Positions 63,100 to 64,000 of a stretch of DNA of 64,000 bases are shown here, piece after piece. This DNA is from the human T2T-CHM13v2.0 reference genome, Homo sapiens. Location: assembly GCF_009914755.1 (NCBI RefSeq), contig NC_060943.1. One strand, written 5' to 3'. The number at the start of each line of letters is the position of its first letter. Positions within the stretch are counted from its first letter, which is position 1. Both the position numbers and the translations under genes were made by a program. The notes below the pieces were generated by a model. It was not told where the DNA came from. It worked only from the letters and a program-made list of their open reading frames with translations, and made no database searches.

Positions 63100-63960
63100 G
63101 TGAAGCAGGAACACAAAAGACTATAGAAAATGAGAAAAATGAGGATAAGAACAAAAATAACCAGTGAATTGTCAACAAAAGATTTGCAGGATAGAAGAGA
63201 ACAGTGTGATATAGTCAAAGTTCTAAAAAAAAAAAAAAAAAGCAAACAAAAAAAAGAAGCTATAAAGTGAGAATAAATACCATCAGCAAATCTGTCCTGC
63301 CTAAAAGAAAAAAAAAAAAAGAGCTTTCAAAATAACCAAATTCTTAAAAAGTATATTTTGCACTGCATACGTCTTCCATAGGAAAGATGCTGAAAGTAGT
63401 TCTTACCACTGAAAATAACATAATGTAAGAAAACAACACCTAGTCATATAAAAATACATTATTTTCTAGGAAAGATATGCACACACAAAAAAATTGAATT
63501 TCTAGCATTATTCTAATGGTGCAGAAAACATTTTTAATTATTCTCTAACATTTGAGAGATAAAAGCACAGGAATTATTATAAACATCTGTTAATGAATAT
63601 ACAACATAAATAGATAAACTTAGCAACATCAGTGAAAAATTTAAGAGCAGACATAATAAGGAGGACTTTTTTATGCAACTGAAGTTAATTTTTCACCTGA
63701 TTAAAATATATTGTTTTATTTTTAGAGGTTTTATGTAATCCCCAAGATACCACACAAAAAAATCTGTATACATACACAAAAGAAAAATAAGAAAATGAAA
63801 GCATATCAATACGAAAACCAGAAAGAAACAAAGGAAGACAGAAAGAGAAAATGAGGGACAAGATGAAAGAATTAAATAGAATAGGTAATAAAATAAAAGT
63901 AACTCCTTTACTTTCAGAAAATTATTTAAATATACGGAAAATTAACTTTCAAATCAACAG
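63100..63960 (+). mobile_element. Decayed L1M fragment in the ZNF676 intron
   Basis: Paralogous to 11510-12080; A-rich, L1-like composition. Confidence 0.55.
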
Positions 63961-64000
63961 AATTTTAATAGATTTATTAACATTTTTTCTTTTGAGACAA

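Overview
Primate (most likely human) DNA from the 19p12 KRAB zinc-finger (ZNF91-family) cluster. The only intact coding sequence is the minus-strand zinc-finger exon of ZNF676 (62225-60337), with 17 intact C2H2 fingers; that appears to be three more than the reference protein as I remember it. The rest, left to right: an old ~1.2-1.7 kb macro-repeat carrying a 32-bp CCAAT-rich minisatellite; a truncated old L1; a decayed ZNF duplicon paralogous to the ZNF676 3' region; a ~5-kb beta-satellite block with higher-order structure; a PCGF6 processed pseudogene (PCGF7P); an MTDH processed pseudogene; an ERV1 provirus remnant split by two full-length L1PA5/6-like elements lying tail-to-tail 1 kb apart; and many Alus and old L1 fragments. 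Two observations stand out. (1) The two inverted L1s have different target-site duplications (TSDs) yet share many non-consensus changes, including the same nonsense codon and the same 4-bp insertion, which points to arm-to-arm gene conversion in a 6-kb/1-kb/6-kb quasi-palindrome. (2) A ~780-bp insert at 45225-46007 has a TSD and an A-rich tail and is built from transposon fragments cut at splice sites, consistent with a retrocopy of a spliced non-coding RNA. Repeat consensus and parent-gene comparisons are from memory and need alignment to confirm.
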